Shown here piece by piece: positions 27,728-40,685 of a stretch of 63,943 nucleotides of DNA (position 1 is its first letter; each line of letters starts with the position of its first letter). Position numbers and translations under genes: made by a program. Under the pieces are notes generated by a model. It was not told the origin of the DNA. It did no database searches and saw nothing but the letters and a program-made list of their open reading frames with translations. The DNA comes from Octopus bimaculoides (Eukaryota): the NCBI RefSeq assembly GCF_001194135.2, contig NC_068996.1, positions 45,790,794 to 45,854,736 on the forward strand, written 5' to 3'.

Positions 27728-28190
27728 ATGTATACATAATGTGGTAAGCAGTTTGCTTCTCAATCACATGGTTCCGAGTTCAGCCCCACAGCGTGGCACC
27801 TCGGTCTTGTGAATGTGCTTGCTTCACTGAAGCTGAAAAAGCCAGCCGTGTGTGTGTGAGCGCGTGTGCGTGTTTCTCTCCTCCTCTGCTTAAAACTGAT
27901 ACTGGTTTGTTAACATCCTCGTATCTGAACGACACTGGGAGAATAAGTACCAGTCTTAAAAAAATAAATAAATGCTGGGGTCGATTTGTGCACCAGTGTG
28001 GTGCTCCAGTATTGCCTGCTATTCAATGGATAAAAACAAATAAATGATAAAAGGAGATATAGATTTTGTATGTAGGTCTGGGTGAATTTATATGCGTATA
28101 TAAATATTGGTTTTTATGTACTAATGTGTGATCTTGCGTGAAATATTTTTAATGAAATATTCGAATTAATATATGTTTCTTTTTTTCTAG

Positions 28191-28350
28191 AATGAAAAGA
28201 AATTGCGATATCGCTTCGCTGCAATTGTTGACGAATTGCGAAATTCCAGTGACGCTGTATATAGCAGAGCACTTCTTTCTTTCGTCAACTGCATTATCAT
28301 CTACAAAAAAGAAGATCTAGAACGAGTTAGAATCAGAAATGAATTCATCG
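28191..28350 (+). CDS. INF2: INF2-like inverted formin, DID (FH3) exon; NEKKLRYRFAAIVDELRNSSDAVYSRALLSFVNCIIIYKKEDLERVRIRNEFI(G)
   Basis: Pyrimidine-rich acceptor ttttttctAG and donor GTAGGT; 160 nt, phase 0 to 1. The translation aligns with the INF2 segment YRFSIVMNEL...VINAVI...EDLRARTQLRNEFIG. Confidence 0.9.
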
Positions 28351-28605
28351 GTAGGTGCCACTTTATTACTATTATTATTATTATCATTATTATTATAGCA
28401 TCGAGCGGCAAAACCGTTAACACAGCGGTCATAAAGCTTAGCCGCATTTCGTCCTCTTAACGACCTGAGATCGAATTCTGTCAAGAACGACTTTCATCCT
28501 TTCGGGATCGATAAAATAATGAGCGGTCAAGTACTGGGGTCGACGTAATCGATTTACCCCGTCTCCCAAATTGCTGACCTTCAGTCAAAATTATTATCAT
28601 TATTA

Positions 28606-28643
<38 letters not shown>

Positions 28644-29040
28644 GAGTGAGAGCAGCAAATACCATTAAAATGACACTGGGGTACAAATATACGAAGCTCA
28701 ATATACCTAGCATGACTACCCATCTGATAAGAGTACATCAAGTACATGCATCACAGCTATATGTGTGCGACATGGTGATTTCATATCAAGATAAACAGCA
28801 CATGACCATGTAGGTGGGGCTCAATTAGAATTTTCTTCACGTCGAGTAGCCCATCCCGCTCAAAAGTTCCTTGAATAAGGTTTGTTTAAGGAAGATGAAC
28901 AAAATACATGTTTCCAGCGATGAATTATTCAAAGCCCAAAGAATTATTCTCAATGCATAGCTATGACACGCCTCACCTACACCTGTGAGTGATCTGAGAT
29001 GCACATATCGTCAGCCACTAAGGGACATGCTCACTACTCA
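28644..29040. repeat. Dispersed repeat of unknown class, homologous to about 47075-47375
   Basis: Shared blocks such as gagatgcacatatcgtcagccac.aagggacatgctca and catgtttcca...gaattatt...aaagaatt. Confidence 0.65.
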
Positions 29041-31237
29041 TGAGGGTTCCATTATCATGCACTCTGGAATTGCATTGCCCCCCCCCTCCCGATTCTACGT
29101 ATTTTGATTGTAGNNNNNNNNNNNNNNNNNNNNNNNNNNNNNNNNNNNNNNNNNNNNNNNNNNNNNNNNNNNNNNNNNNNNNNNNNNNNNNNNNNNNNNN
29201 NNNNNNNNNNNNNNNNNNNNNNNNNNNNNNNNNNNNNNNNNNNNNNNNNNNNNNNNNNNNNNNNNNNNNNNNNNNNNNNNNNNNNNNTATATATATATAT
29301 ATATATATATATTATAAACCGAGTGTCTCACTGAAAAAAAAAAGGAAAGAAAAAAGACTGGTTAGTCACGGTTATATACTTTTGGTTAGAGGTGTACTCA
29401 ATTATGTGTGAACTGAGTCTAAACAACTACTACAGATGAATTAAAAGCTGACCAGGCCTCAGCTGTTATTTGAACATGGAATTACAATGATTGAAACTGA
29501 GTTCAGCCTGATGGTTTTTCGGGGTGAGCGGAGAGAACAAAAAGAAATGTCTTTACATTAAGACAACTTGACTTTGGTGGGATTTGAAAACAGAACATGA
29601 AAGGGTTTGACTAAATATTGAAAGGCGTTTTGTACAGCGCCCTAACGATTTTATCTGTCGCCTTTACAATAAAATAAGGACGAAGTTGATAATGTTTCTA
29701 AACTCGTTGGAGGACGAGTTTAGTCGGTGCCATTGATCTTACTTTGTGGCTGGTTTTGTTTCATTGACCCGGGAAGAATGAAAGGTAAATGTGGCCTCGA
29801 TGAGATTTGAATTTATAGGAATCACCGAAAGGGAGACATTCTGTCTGAGGCTGTTACGATTCTAAAGTACCCCTAATAGCATTAATAGTTACGGTAATGA
29901 AAGCAATAGTAGTAAGAGTAAAAGTTTAAGCTCCTGGTTACGCATTTGAGTGACAGCGAACAGTTGACAAAAATCAACAAGAAATGCTTTGCCCCGTGCA
30001 GAAACAGTAGGGATTTGTCAGAGGGTTTGCAAGTTCTTCTAAATCTAATACAGTATTGGAAGCACTTGTGTATTGCCAGCAGGTATCTCAGGGTCACAAC
30101 TGTTTCGCCCTTTTGCCTGTATACTTCGCCTGAGCGAGAAAGCGAGGACTGAGCTCTAGTCTTCGCCCGCGGTAAGTTTCTACTTGCGATCTCTTATCAA
30201 ACTACTGATAAATAACTTTCACCGACATGACGCCGTACAAGATTTATGACTAAATGGCCAAGAGAAAGCTGCGACGACCACTAATAATAGCAACTTAGTA
30301 ACAGCGAATAAGTTTACGGTATCAAGAAAATGAATAATAGCATTAAGAACATTTGACTAATGCGAAACTTAATTCTTAATAGCCAAGGTTCCTTCGAGTT
30401 GATTAAATCTGCCCTTCATAACAGAAACAAAAACATGTATGTATGCATGTATGTATGTATGTGTGTATGTATGTTCTATTATAATACACACATACACCAC
30501 ACTTGCATGTCTGGATGCACGCCAACATCGTCTGTATAAACATACATACGTGTAAGCGCGCACACTCAAGCACTTGCATACGTACGTACGTACATACATA
30601 CATACATACATACATACATACATACATACATGCATACGTACTCACACACACACACATACAAATCACGCTTTCACGCACAAAAATGCGTACACACATATAC
30701 ATAATTACACATCCACCGCACGCGCTCACACATATATATATTTACACACATTCACACAGACACACCTTTCGTATACTACTGACAGGGTGGAGGGCAGACA
30801 ATAGTAACATCTATAACGAGAATGAAAAGATTGATAACAAGAATATCTGTGAAATGACAGTAGTAAACACCCTGACAGCATGAGTTTTACATAAATTTAT
30901 TATTGTATCATAAAGACGTCTACAGGAACCCCGCTGAGCATTTTATAAATATCTATTTCCTACAAATGTATTTATGCGTGTGTTTTATATAAGTTCTTGT
31001 GTGTCTGTGTTCTTGTTTGTTTGTACATAGTAAATACGAGTTAGAAATTTGAAATGAATTAATATGAACTCGGTGATACGTAAGCAAATACAGTACTGAA
31101 ATTCAATGTGAATCGAACCGTACACTTCCAGCTGTGTTTTTAAAGAGATTGGTGATCTTTGGTTGTGTTGCGCGTAAAACCACCCTCTTAATTTTTTTTA
31201 TATTATTCTATGTATATATCAGCTATCATAATATATT

Positions 31238-31282
<45 letters not shown>

Positions 31283-32643
31283 TGGATAGATACTATCCCT
31301 TAGTGGGTTGAACCCCCAACCCCTAACTCTCTCACGTNNNNNNNNNNNNNNNNNNNNNNNNNNNNNNNNNNNNNNNNNNNNNNNNNNNNNNNNNNNNNNN
31401 NNNNNNNNNNNNNNNGAATATATCCTTTTGTTGGCTTCAGCATAGACTTGAATGTAATTAATTATACTGTAGAGAATGTAAATTGATATTAACTGATAAG
31501 AGAGCTTCTGCATGACCTATTTGAAATAGCAGCCAAATCTCGAACAGTTTCATATTCTAGTCTTAATGAAGCTGTATACTGTAATTGTTATTATATTGTC
31601 TAAAGGAAGACAGATTTTTAAGAATAAAGTGATCGTAACGTGGATACCCTTGATCAAAAGGTTTCTGGCTTTTCGGATTGACCGAAACCAGGAAACATCA
31701 AAGGCGTTCCATCAGTAATCATCCTTTCTCTTTTTATGTCATGCACTACTATGTCCAATTACTTTTTTAAGACAGTAGGATGTGATTTGAGAATTTTATC
31801 TGTTGTCTAAGCAGGTCGACTGATCGAGCAGGGAATCATTCGCTGGCGTATTGAACGGAAGGATACATCCTTCCATTCGAAATTCTCATGAGATTTGGCT
31901 GCTATTTCAATCACATTTATTTAAGGACTTCCTTATCGTGTAACTTGAGGGAGATTTGACTGCCACTTTTTGTTGTCAAGACTGCACAGATGCTCTTTAC
32001 CTGAGTAAATCTAGTGGACTTGAAACTGCTGAAGCTACTCTGTGTGTGTGTGTATGCGCGTGCATGGGTGTGTACGCTGGTTTCTCTTACTACTCGACAA
32101 GGGAGTTGATTTATCTTAACATAGCGGTTTGACAAAAATTGTGTGTGTGTGTGTGTGTGTGTGAGTTTATTCTTAGACAAAAATATTGTTGCAGTAAAAT
32201 ATAGTTTCGTATGCATCAAGACCATAAAACACAATTCCAGATTTTCAAATGTTTGATCAACGTCATAACATCTAATCAAATAGTCGTTACCACCCGCACC
32301 AGTTGCTTCCATTTGGCCTGCTACCATCAATGTCGGTGCTGTGGAGATCGCTACTCATTTCTTCCACGCTTCACTTGAATGAAATGCTGACATGCCACCA
32401 CCTGAACACATTCACACTTAACTTGTATATATACAATTTATTGGTAATCCAAACACTTCCTTGAAGTCTATCCGCCCTATGACAGGTTTTGTTTTTGATA
32501 ATACAGGATATCGAAAATAATCTCCCTCGCCGAGCAAACCTTTGTCAAGTTGCCAGTTTAGTCGCCGACGTCCCAACTATGAAACTGGTTGTACTAGGTT
32601 ACATATCACCTGTAGTGCTCACACTGCTCGCACACACCCATAT

Positions 32644-32714
<71 letters not shown>

Positions 32715-35700
32715 TATANNNNNNNNNNNNNNNNNNNNNNNNNNNNNNNNNNNNNNNNNNNNNNNNNNNNNNNNNNNNNNNNNNNNNNNNNNNNNNNNNN
32801 NNNNNNNNNNNNNNNNNNNNNNNNNNNNNNNNNNNNNNNNNNNNNNNNNNNNNNNNNNNNATATATATACAGACACACATATAGACGTACATAGATACAG
32901 TGTGTATGCACAAACAGAAAACATTGTAGGAAAGCACTTCATAACTAGCAAGTGGGAAGCAGCGCTGTCGTTTTCTTGACACCTCAATATACGTCAATTG
33001 ACCTAGCCATACGTCAAATTCTGTATCATTCATGACAGAAAAAAGTTTAATATTTCGCTAATAATCCATCATGCAAATTATATTAAATATTTTGCATTCT
33101 TTGGTTTGATATAACATGAGTGGTTTGCACTGAAATGTTCTTACGTTATTTATGTCAAAGAGAGGACATCGACGTGGTCGTTCTGTCCGCTAGAAATAGC
33201 GGCGAAATATACTTCAAATATGTTTCTAATATATTAAACGTAGGCTTGACAGATTGAATAATGAAGTATGAGGCACAGTGTAACTCCTGAGAGTAAAAAG
33301 GAAAGAAATGGTGGAATGTTCTTATTTGTAATGTCAGTCAGGACTGATGTTATTTAGGGATTAAACAACTTATAGATATACAACTTATAGATATAGCGAA
33401 ACAGCTTATGCATTATGCAAAAATACATAAATACATATCTATACACACATGCACACACACACGATTGAATAAAACACACGGGTTCGATTGCGGGTATGGT
33501 GTCTTCCTGTACATAAAGCACCCAAATAGCAAAAAAAATAATAAAAAGACACTCGAACATTTAATTCTTACTAGAGTATGCACAAATTCATATCTCTACT
33601 CAAATGTTACAGTTTAGTTTAGATACAAATAAAGCAATGTGCATCTGTATTTCCAGTATCCACAAATACAGCATGCGATAGAATTCCCATAAAACAATAC
33701 TTAGGTAAACTTGAGCCAAGAAGGGAACTTAAACCGCTGGAAATAATAAGCATATTTTTTTCAAACCACACCCTACACGCTGAATAATATGTTCTTACGT
33801 TCTCTATACATATGAAAAAGATGAGATGTTCACAACTGGAATGAATGCTTTTATCGTTGTTTTGCTCAGTACGAAACAACTTATGTAGATTCGACCCAAC
33901 GAGCTCATACCCCACCCCTCTCCCATTTGGTTGTTCAATATGCTAAAATAGCTAATACTCATCTCCTAGATCATAAATTCTTATCGTAAAATAATGGACT
34001 TATAAGCATTACATAAATAAAGAAAGAAAAAAAATATGGGATGATCTTTGATGGAACACCTGTGCTCGTATTGTCCGCTCCATTGTTACTGACCTAGAGG
34101 GCTAAGCGATATCAAAAAGAAGAAATAACAAATGCAGATTTAAACTTATTTGAAAAAAACAGACCTATGTGAAAACATATTCTTCTGTAACAAAAACGTG
34201 ACAAAATCTGTTCGTTTGGAGAAAGCAGACGACACTGTCAGTCCATGTATTGGTTATATTTATAATGAAAATTTACTTTTGTTTTGAGTAATTATATTGT
34301 TGTCTCAAATTTACCAATTTAAAAGGAAAGTAATATATTTAACAGAAAGTTAGATGGGATGTTTATAAATAAACCATGTGTGTATGTAAGGAAAAACGTT
34401 TGAAGACAAACGAAGAGCTACGCTGGTAAATGAAACTTCCGAGATCTATTAGGCTTCAAAGGTGCTGTAGAGCATTTTAGAGTAGACTAATTAACTAAGT
34501 AAAGTCTGTAATGACTTTATTCTCATTTTCTGTGCTTTAGTTATTGGCTATCGTTGTGATCTACCTTAACGATGCTAGAAAAAGTGATTGGATAATTTGC
34601 TGCATTAGGATTAGACCAGACACAGGATTTTTGTATTCTTCATCAAACTACTTGGTCAAAATATTTGTGTAAATGTATGTATATAGTGTGTGTATATGTG
34701 TGTTTGTGATATATGTGCATGTAATATGTATCTGTGTAAAATATACGTGTGTGTGCATGTGTTTGTCGTCCGTCTTTTGTTCTGAGTTCAAATGCCACCG
34801 GGGTTGACTTTGCTTTTCTTTCTTACGGGGTCGATAAAATGAGTACCAGTCGAGCACTGGCGTCAGGAAAATCGATTTATTCCCCCACCACCCCTACCAC
34901 CACCACCAATATCACACATCAGATTTATGCCAAAATTTGAAACCAATATATATGTGTGTGTATGTAGCACGCCTGTGTATTTAACACGTGTGTGTATGTA
35001 CCGCATATGCAAGGTGTATGTAATATGGTGCATAATATTGTCTGTGCGTGTATGATGCTTGTGTAAATATGTAATATACATATGCGTATGCTTGTATGAC
35101 TGGCTGGATTCAAAAACAAGATATTTTAGCCCAAACGATTAAATCTCGTCAATGACGTCCAACGTAGTTGAAAATATAGTATTATGAGGCAGAAATTTAG
35201 TTTTAGCTTATCAATTACGTTTACTTAAATCTTCAGGGTTATGTTCATGGTAAAGCATATGTGGAACACTTAATAATTGAGCTCGATTTTTTTTGTTTGC
35301 TGATGACGTCATCTTTACAACAAGCTTTTCATTTCTTTCCGCTCTTTTTATTTACACACATATATGTATCTGTATAAAGAAAGAAATATTTTGTAAAGCG
35401 AATAAAAAGCAAGAAAATTAGGATTTATGGAGTTTCTAAGTGGCTATGCATTCTCTCGCATTACTGCTTTTAACAATATTATACCGACCTTCAAAACATA
35501 TGCTTTGCCTCGGTGATAAATTACCACCGAAGCATAGCATATGGCCTCAGAAAATATTAATATACGATTGTTTATGCTAATTATGAACATGGCGACATAT
35601 CTTTATGTGTATATTAATATTTATAATATTGTTTTGTATACGTTAACGTTTATAATATTGTTATGTATATGTTAAATATTTATAATATGTTAATGAAGAG

Positions 35701-36494
35701 AATAACTATTGGTATTGTTCATAAATTCCTTATTGCCACAAAGATAGCAAAAGAATAATTATAGTGTAGCGCAAAAGATGCCCTTGAACAAGTAGTTATG
35801 GAATTAAGGTGTGTGTCTGTGAAAGAGAGAGAGAGACCATGAAATTTATTTAAGAATGAACATGCAAATTCCTCCGAGCACCCTCAACCCGAGCAGTATT
35901 TCTTCCGGTTCTAGATTCGAAGAAAAACTAAAAGATTAAATTCTTTATGCATCAGTCTTTTAAGAATCTAAATACGGTTGGAACCTTTTTGTTAGCTTCA
36001 TCTTTTATTATAGCCACCAGACAGACGAGACGAAGACTTATTAACGTCTTTATCACAGGAAGTAGCAAAGCAATTTTCGTAATGGATTCAGTTGATAGTC
36101 GAGTCGGCTCTTAATATGACAGTTGCTGTCTGGTCTAATCCTTTAAGTAGACATTTCGTCAGACTAATTGCATACCAAAGACTTGTTTATCCTAAACACA
36201 TGCCAACAAAGGAGCGTCTACGTCGTCACTCGATTTACTAGAAATATCAGCCAAATCTCTATCGGAACCCATACTATCAACCGTGGTTCTCACTCGCTGC
36301 TTATCCATTCAACACAATGTAAACGATAAGAACTATACATATTCCCTATGATGGTTAAGTATACGAATTACCAATGGTGTCTAAACTGTCTTGCCACTGA
36401 AGAAACTTTTAATTTAGATCATTTGTTCTTTTCATGAAGATATGCCACATAAAACACGTTTTATTTATTTGGCATTTTTATGAAAATATTAAAG

Positions 36495-37010
36495 TGGTGG
36501 CCTAGTGAAATCGTTAGCACGCCAAACAAAATGCTTAGCAAAATTTATCTGACTTTACGCTCTGCGTTCAAACCACATTGAGGTCAGCTTTGCCTTTCAT
36601 CTTTTAGGATCGATAAAACACCGTCATAGTAATTGATCTCGATGTAAATTGACTAATAAGTTCCCCTAAAATTTGAAAGCATAATTATAAAAGGGGCGAG
36701 CTGCCAGGATTGTAAGCTCGTTCGGCAAAATGCTTAGTGGCATCTCATCTGCCGAGGTTGAATTTGCCTTTCATCCTTCAAAGGTCGATAAAACAAGTAC
36801 CAGTTGAATATTGGGGTTCATGTAATCGAGTTATATTCTCCTCCGAAATTGCTGGTCATGCGCCAAAATTTGAAACCATTATTAGAATTAATGCTGGCAG
36901 AATGGTTCGCATGTCGGGTGAAACGTTTAGCAGCATTTCATCCGTCCTCAAGTTCTGGGTTCAAGTTCTCCTAAGGACGACCTTGCCTTTCATCCTTCCG
37001 GAGTCTATTC
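36495..37010 (+). mobile_element. Three tandem degenerate SINE family B copies
   Basis: Three successive heads (gttagcacgcc / gttcggcaaaatgcttag / ggttcgcatgtcgggtgaaacgtttagc), each followed by a ttgcctttcatcctt-type domain. Confidence 0.65.
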
Positions 37011-37075
37011 TAACACTCATATTATTCCCTTTCTGTTACGCTGAAATCTACATCTACTTTTCAATAGCCTTCAGA

Positions 37076-37249
37076 ATAAACATGAACCATATAGAAATAT
37101 TCACGTCTAAAATATTGAAGCTTCCAAACAATATTTATAAATATCGTCAACTTTGATGACAGTCTGTCTTGAGATAATGAAAATCTGCCGAATATACTGA
37201 GATGAATTCACTTAAGCTATACAATCCGACGTACATTTCTTAGTTTCTT
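37076..37249 (+). repeat. 174-bp direct repeat, copy 1 (copy 2 at 39981-40155)
   Basis: Both copies run ataaacatgaaccatatagaaata...gatgaattcacttaagctatacaatccgac...cttagtttctt with only scattered substitutions. Confidence 0.85.
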
Positions 37250-38238
37250 GACAAAATCGTTGGAGTGCATAGAATACCTTGCTGTATTTATTCGGTTTAA
37301 NNNNNNNNNNNNNNNNNNNNNNNNNNNNNNNNNNNNNNNNNNNNNNNNNNNNNNNNNNNNNNNNNNNNNNNNNNNNNNNNNNNNNNNNNNNNNNNNNNNN
37401 NNNNNNNNNNNNNNNNNNNNNNNNNNNNNNNNNNNNNNNNNNNNNNNNNNNNNNNNNNNNNNNNNNNNNNNNNNNNNNNNNNNNNNNNNNNNNNNNNNNN
37501 NNNNNNNNNNNNNNNNNNNNNNNNNNNNNNNNNNNNNNNNNNNNNNNNNNNNNNNNNNNNNNNNNNNNNNNNNNNNNNNNNNNNNNNNNNNNNNNNNNNN
37601 NNNNNNNNNNNNNNNNNNNNNNNNNNNNNNNNNNNNNNNNNNNNNNNNNNNNNNNNNNNNNNNNNNNNNNNNNNNNNNNNNNNNNNNNNNNNNNNNNNNN
37701 NNNNNNNNNNNNNNNNNNNNNNNNNNNNNNNNNNNNNNNNNNNNNNNNNNNNNNNNNNNNNNNNNNNNNNNNNNNNNNNNNNNNNNNNNNNNNNNNNNNN
37801 NNNNNNNNNNNNNNNNNNNNNNNNNNNNNNNNNNNNNNNNNNNNNNNNNNNNNNNNNNNNNNNNNNNNNNNNNNNNNNNNNNNNNNNNNNNNNNNNNNNN
37901 NNNNNNNNNNNNNNNNNNNNNNNNNNNNNNNNNNNNNNNNNNNNNNNNNNNNNNNNNNNNNNNNNNNNNNNNNNNNNNNNNNNNNNNNNNNNNNNNNNNN
38001 NNNNNNNNNNNNNNNNNNNNNNNNNNNNNNNNNNNNNNNNNNNNNNNNNNNNNNNNNNNNNNNNNNNNNNNNNNNNNNNNNATATATATTCAAAATAAAT
38101 GGAAGTGGAGAGACAAGTTACTGAAGAGATTGCAAGAGTGCAATGAAATAATTTAACAAAAAACTATATAAATTAATAAAGGACTGAACCAGTGCGTGTG
38201 TTTATTACCGGCATAATGCCTCTCCCAAGGTTTAATTG

Positions 38239-38286
<48 letters not shown>

Positions 38287-38289
38287 CAT

Positions 38290-38880
38290 ATATTTGTGTG
38301 TCTGTGTTTGTCCCCACCATCGTTTGACAACCGATGTTGGTATGTTTATGTCCCCGTAACTCAACGATTAGGCAAAAGTAACCGATAGAATAAGTAGTAG
38401 GCTTACAAAGAATAAGTCCTGGGGTCGATTTGTTCGACTGTAGGTGGTGCTCCAGCATGGTCGCTGTCAAATGACTGAAACAAAAAAATTAAAGACTATA
38501 TTTCACCAAGTCGTAGATGTGATTGTGTGGTAAGAAGCTTGCTTCCCAACCTAATGGTTCTGGGTCCAGCCCCACAGAGTGGCACCTTGAGCAAGTGTCT
38601 TCTACTATATCCTTAGGCCGACCAAAGCCTTGTGAATAGATTTGGTAGACGGAAGCTGAAAGAAGCTCATTGTATATATATATATATATGTGTTTATGTA
38701 ACAACTGGCGTTGGTTTGTTTACGTTACCATAACTTAGGAGTGAGGCTAAAAGATAGCCGGCACAATAAGTACCAGGCTTAGGAAACAAATAATTGCTGG
38801 GGATGATTCGTTCGAATAAACCCATCAGATTCCCCGGCATGGATACAGTCAAAATGACTGAAACGAGTAAGAGATAAGAT
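38290..38880 (+). mobile_element. Tandem SINE family A copies (a 3' half followed by a degenerate near-full copy)
   Basis: Two successive stretches match the family A consensus. Confidence 0.7.
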
Positions 38881-39223
38881 AGCCTTCCGAAACCATTCTC
38901 ATATGGACATAAGATTAGGCTACGACACGATCCCAGATAAAAGTCGAGATTGGCCGCTGTTATCTTGTCACCGTTTCCGTAAAAAGTATAAAGCAGTTAT
39001 TCTAGCAGCAAGGAGTGACAGAGCTTTAGAATAGCCATGTGCCTTTAAGATGTCTCAAATTAAGGCGATAATCCGCTACAACTGCTTCATCGCATTCGCT
39101 AAATATTTATATGTCTACCAGCAACTTCCATGTTTTCTAGAGATGTGTGTGTGTGCGCTCTTGTAAATACTTCAATAAGTTTTCGAAACACATGGTTGTC
39201 ATAATTTACATTATGTTCTAGAC

Positions 39224-39775
39224 AAGTGGTTCTCAACCGGGGTCCATATGGCTCCTGAGGGTCCACATAAGATCTTTGGGTGTCCATGTAACAAAATAGT
39301 AAACTCTATCTTAAGGGCCCCTGAAAAAAATGTTGTTTTAGATGTATATATTAGTATGTATTGCAGGAAACAGCGTGGTTTCTTTCTCTAACATTTTACT
39401 TAGATCAACCTACACAAAGGAATGTGTGGAAAACAAAATAGGGATTTTGAAAGAAGTTTCTATAAAACTAGTTTTTGAACATAGAATTGGCTTTAGGGGT
39501 CCACCAGAATAATGATAGTAATCAAAGGGGTCCATGGATAAAAAATGGTTGAGAACCCCTACTTTAGATGTATGTATTGTAAGAAGCAGTTAGGTTTCTT
39601 TCTCTAACATTTTTCATAGTTCAACCTACACAAGTTAATGTGTGAAAAGCAAAATAGAAATTTTGAAAGAAGTTTCTATAAAACTAGTTTTTAAACCTCG
39701 AATGGCTATGGAAGTCCACCAGAATAAAATAGTAACGAAAAGGGTCCATTGATAGAAAACGGTTGAGAACTCCGT
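39224..39775 (+). mobile_element. hAT (Charlie-like) MITE with a duplicated 3' arm
   Basis: TIRs aagtggttctcaacc / ggttgagaaccccta (39561) and a second ggttgagaactccgt (39775), flanked by ttctagac / ctctagac. A lone 3' arm of the same family is at 21431-21554. Confidence 0.7.
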
Positions 39776-40317
39776 CTCTAGACTTATGTGATATTTACAA
39801 GTTGCTAAAATTATATGAAAATTGCTTGCTTTACAGGCTATTTTTGCTTTGTACTCAGAACTTCGCATATAATCACACTCAAAGCTATTCACAACAGGAG
39901 TGGGGGTTAGTTGGAAAATTTGACCTTAATATATTACAAGTACGATTTTCATAGACGCAAGGTGAATTTGCGCTAGTAATATAAACATGAACCATATAGA
40001 AATACCCACGCCTAAAATATTGAAGCTTCCAAGCAATGTTTATAAATATCGTCAACTTTGACGACAATCTGTCTTGAAATAATGAAAATCTACTGAAATA
40101 TACTGAGATGAATTCACTTAAGCTATACAATCCGACATACATATCTTAGTTTCTTAATTCCTAGGAAAGCTTTTTCATCTCCGCCGTATAATTTTGATTA
40201 TATATTTCATCTACCTATCTATATAGTAAATATGCCTAATAGTTTCTTTGCTTACACGCTTTGTTTATGATTTACATGCATTTATCATTTCATATATTTA
40301 ACTAATAAAAAATTAAG

Positions 40318-40462
40318 AGAGGACACGAAAGCAGATAAGGAGGTGTTGGTACAAATTGAGCTGTTTTTAGAAAATTTAGCGAAGGATGATGAACTGTTGC
40401 CAGGAACCAAACAGGTGGATCTTAACAGTGCCTTGGATATTTTCTATGCTATCTATAAACAG
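40318..40462 (+). CDS. INF2: INF2-like formin, DID/dimerisation exon; (R)EDTKADKEVLVQIELFLENLAKDDELLPGTKQVDLNSALDIFYAIYKQ
   Basis: Aligns with INF2 DLEDADLLIQLEAF...EDEEEL...VDMSSHQEVFASLFHK; donor CAG|GTACGT. The 5' boundary is ambiguous because three AGs are adjacent; 40318 was chosen to give phase 2. Confidence 0.8.
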
Positions 40463-40490
40463 GTACGTTGTTTTCTAAATTATATGTATG

Positions 40491-40535
<45 letters not shown>

Positions 40536-40561
40536 TTATATATAATTGAAATTTATAGAAA

Positions 40562-40685
40562 AACAAATGACTGAGAGGTATGAACAACAAGACAAGCAAA
40601 AGTCTTACGTTTCGAGCCTACGCTCTTCATCAGAAAGGAATAAGAGAAAATAGAGAGAGAAAAACACTTGCAGATTTCTGCGGTC
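40562..40685 (-). mobile_element. Short Penelope-like terminal-repeat fragment with a hammerhead-type core (second, degenerate copy on + at about 27546-27695)
   Basis: The minus strand reads ttcctttCTGATGAaGAGCgtagGCTCGAAACGTAagac. The 27546-27695 copy shares the flanks and gaagagcataggctcgaaac. Confidence 0.55.

Noticed and set aside
31419-31428. ATATCCTTTT as a U12 AT-AC donor
   Set aside because: No exon or matching branch site/AC acceptor could be assigned, and it directly follows a gap.
33357-33410. GIKQLIDI.. as the missing short INF2 exon
   Set aside because: The resemblance is weak, it contains a 15-nt tandem duplication, and there is no GT donor at the required position.
7248-38156. 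Long ORFs made of X, YI, CV, HT, ER or LS runs
   Set aside because: These are translations of N gaps and dinucleotide microsatellites.
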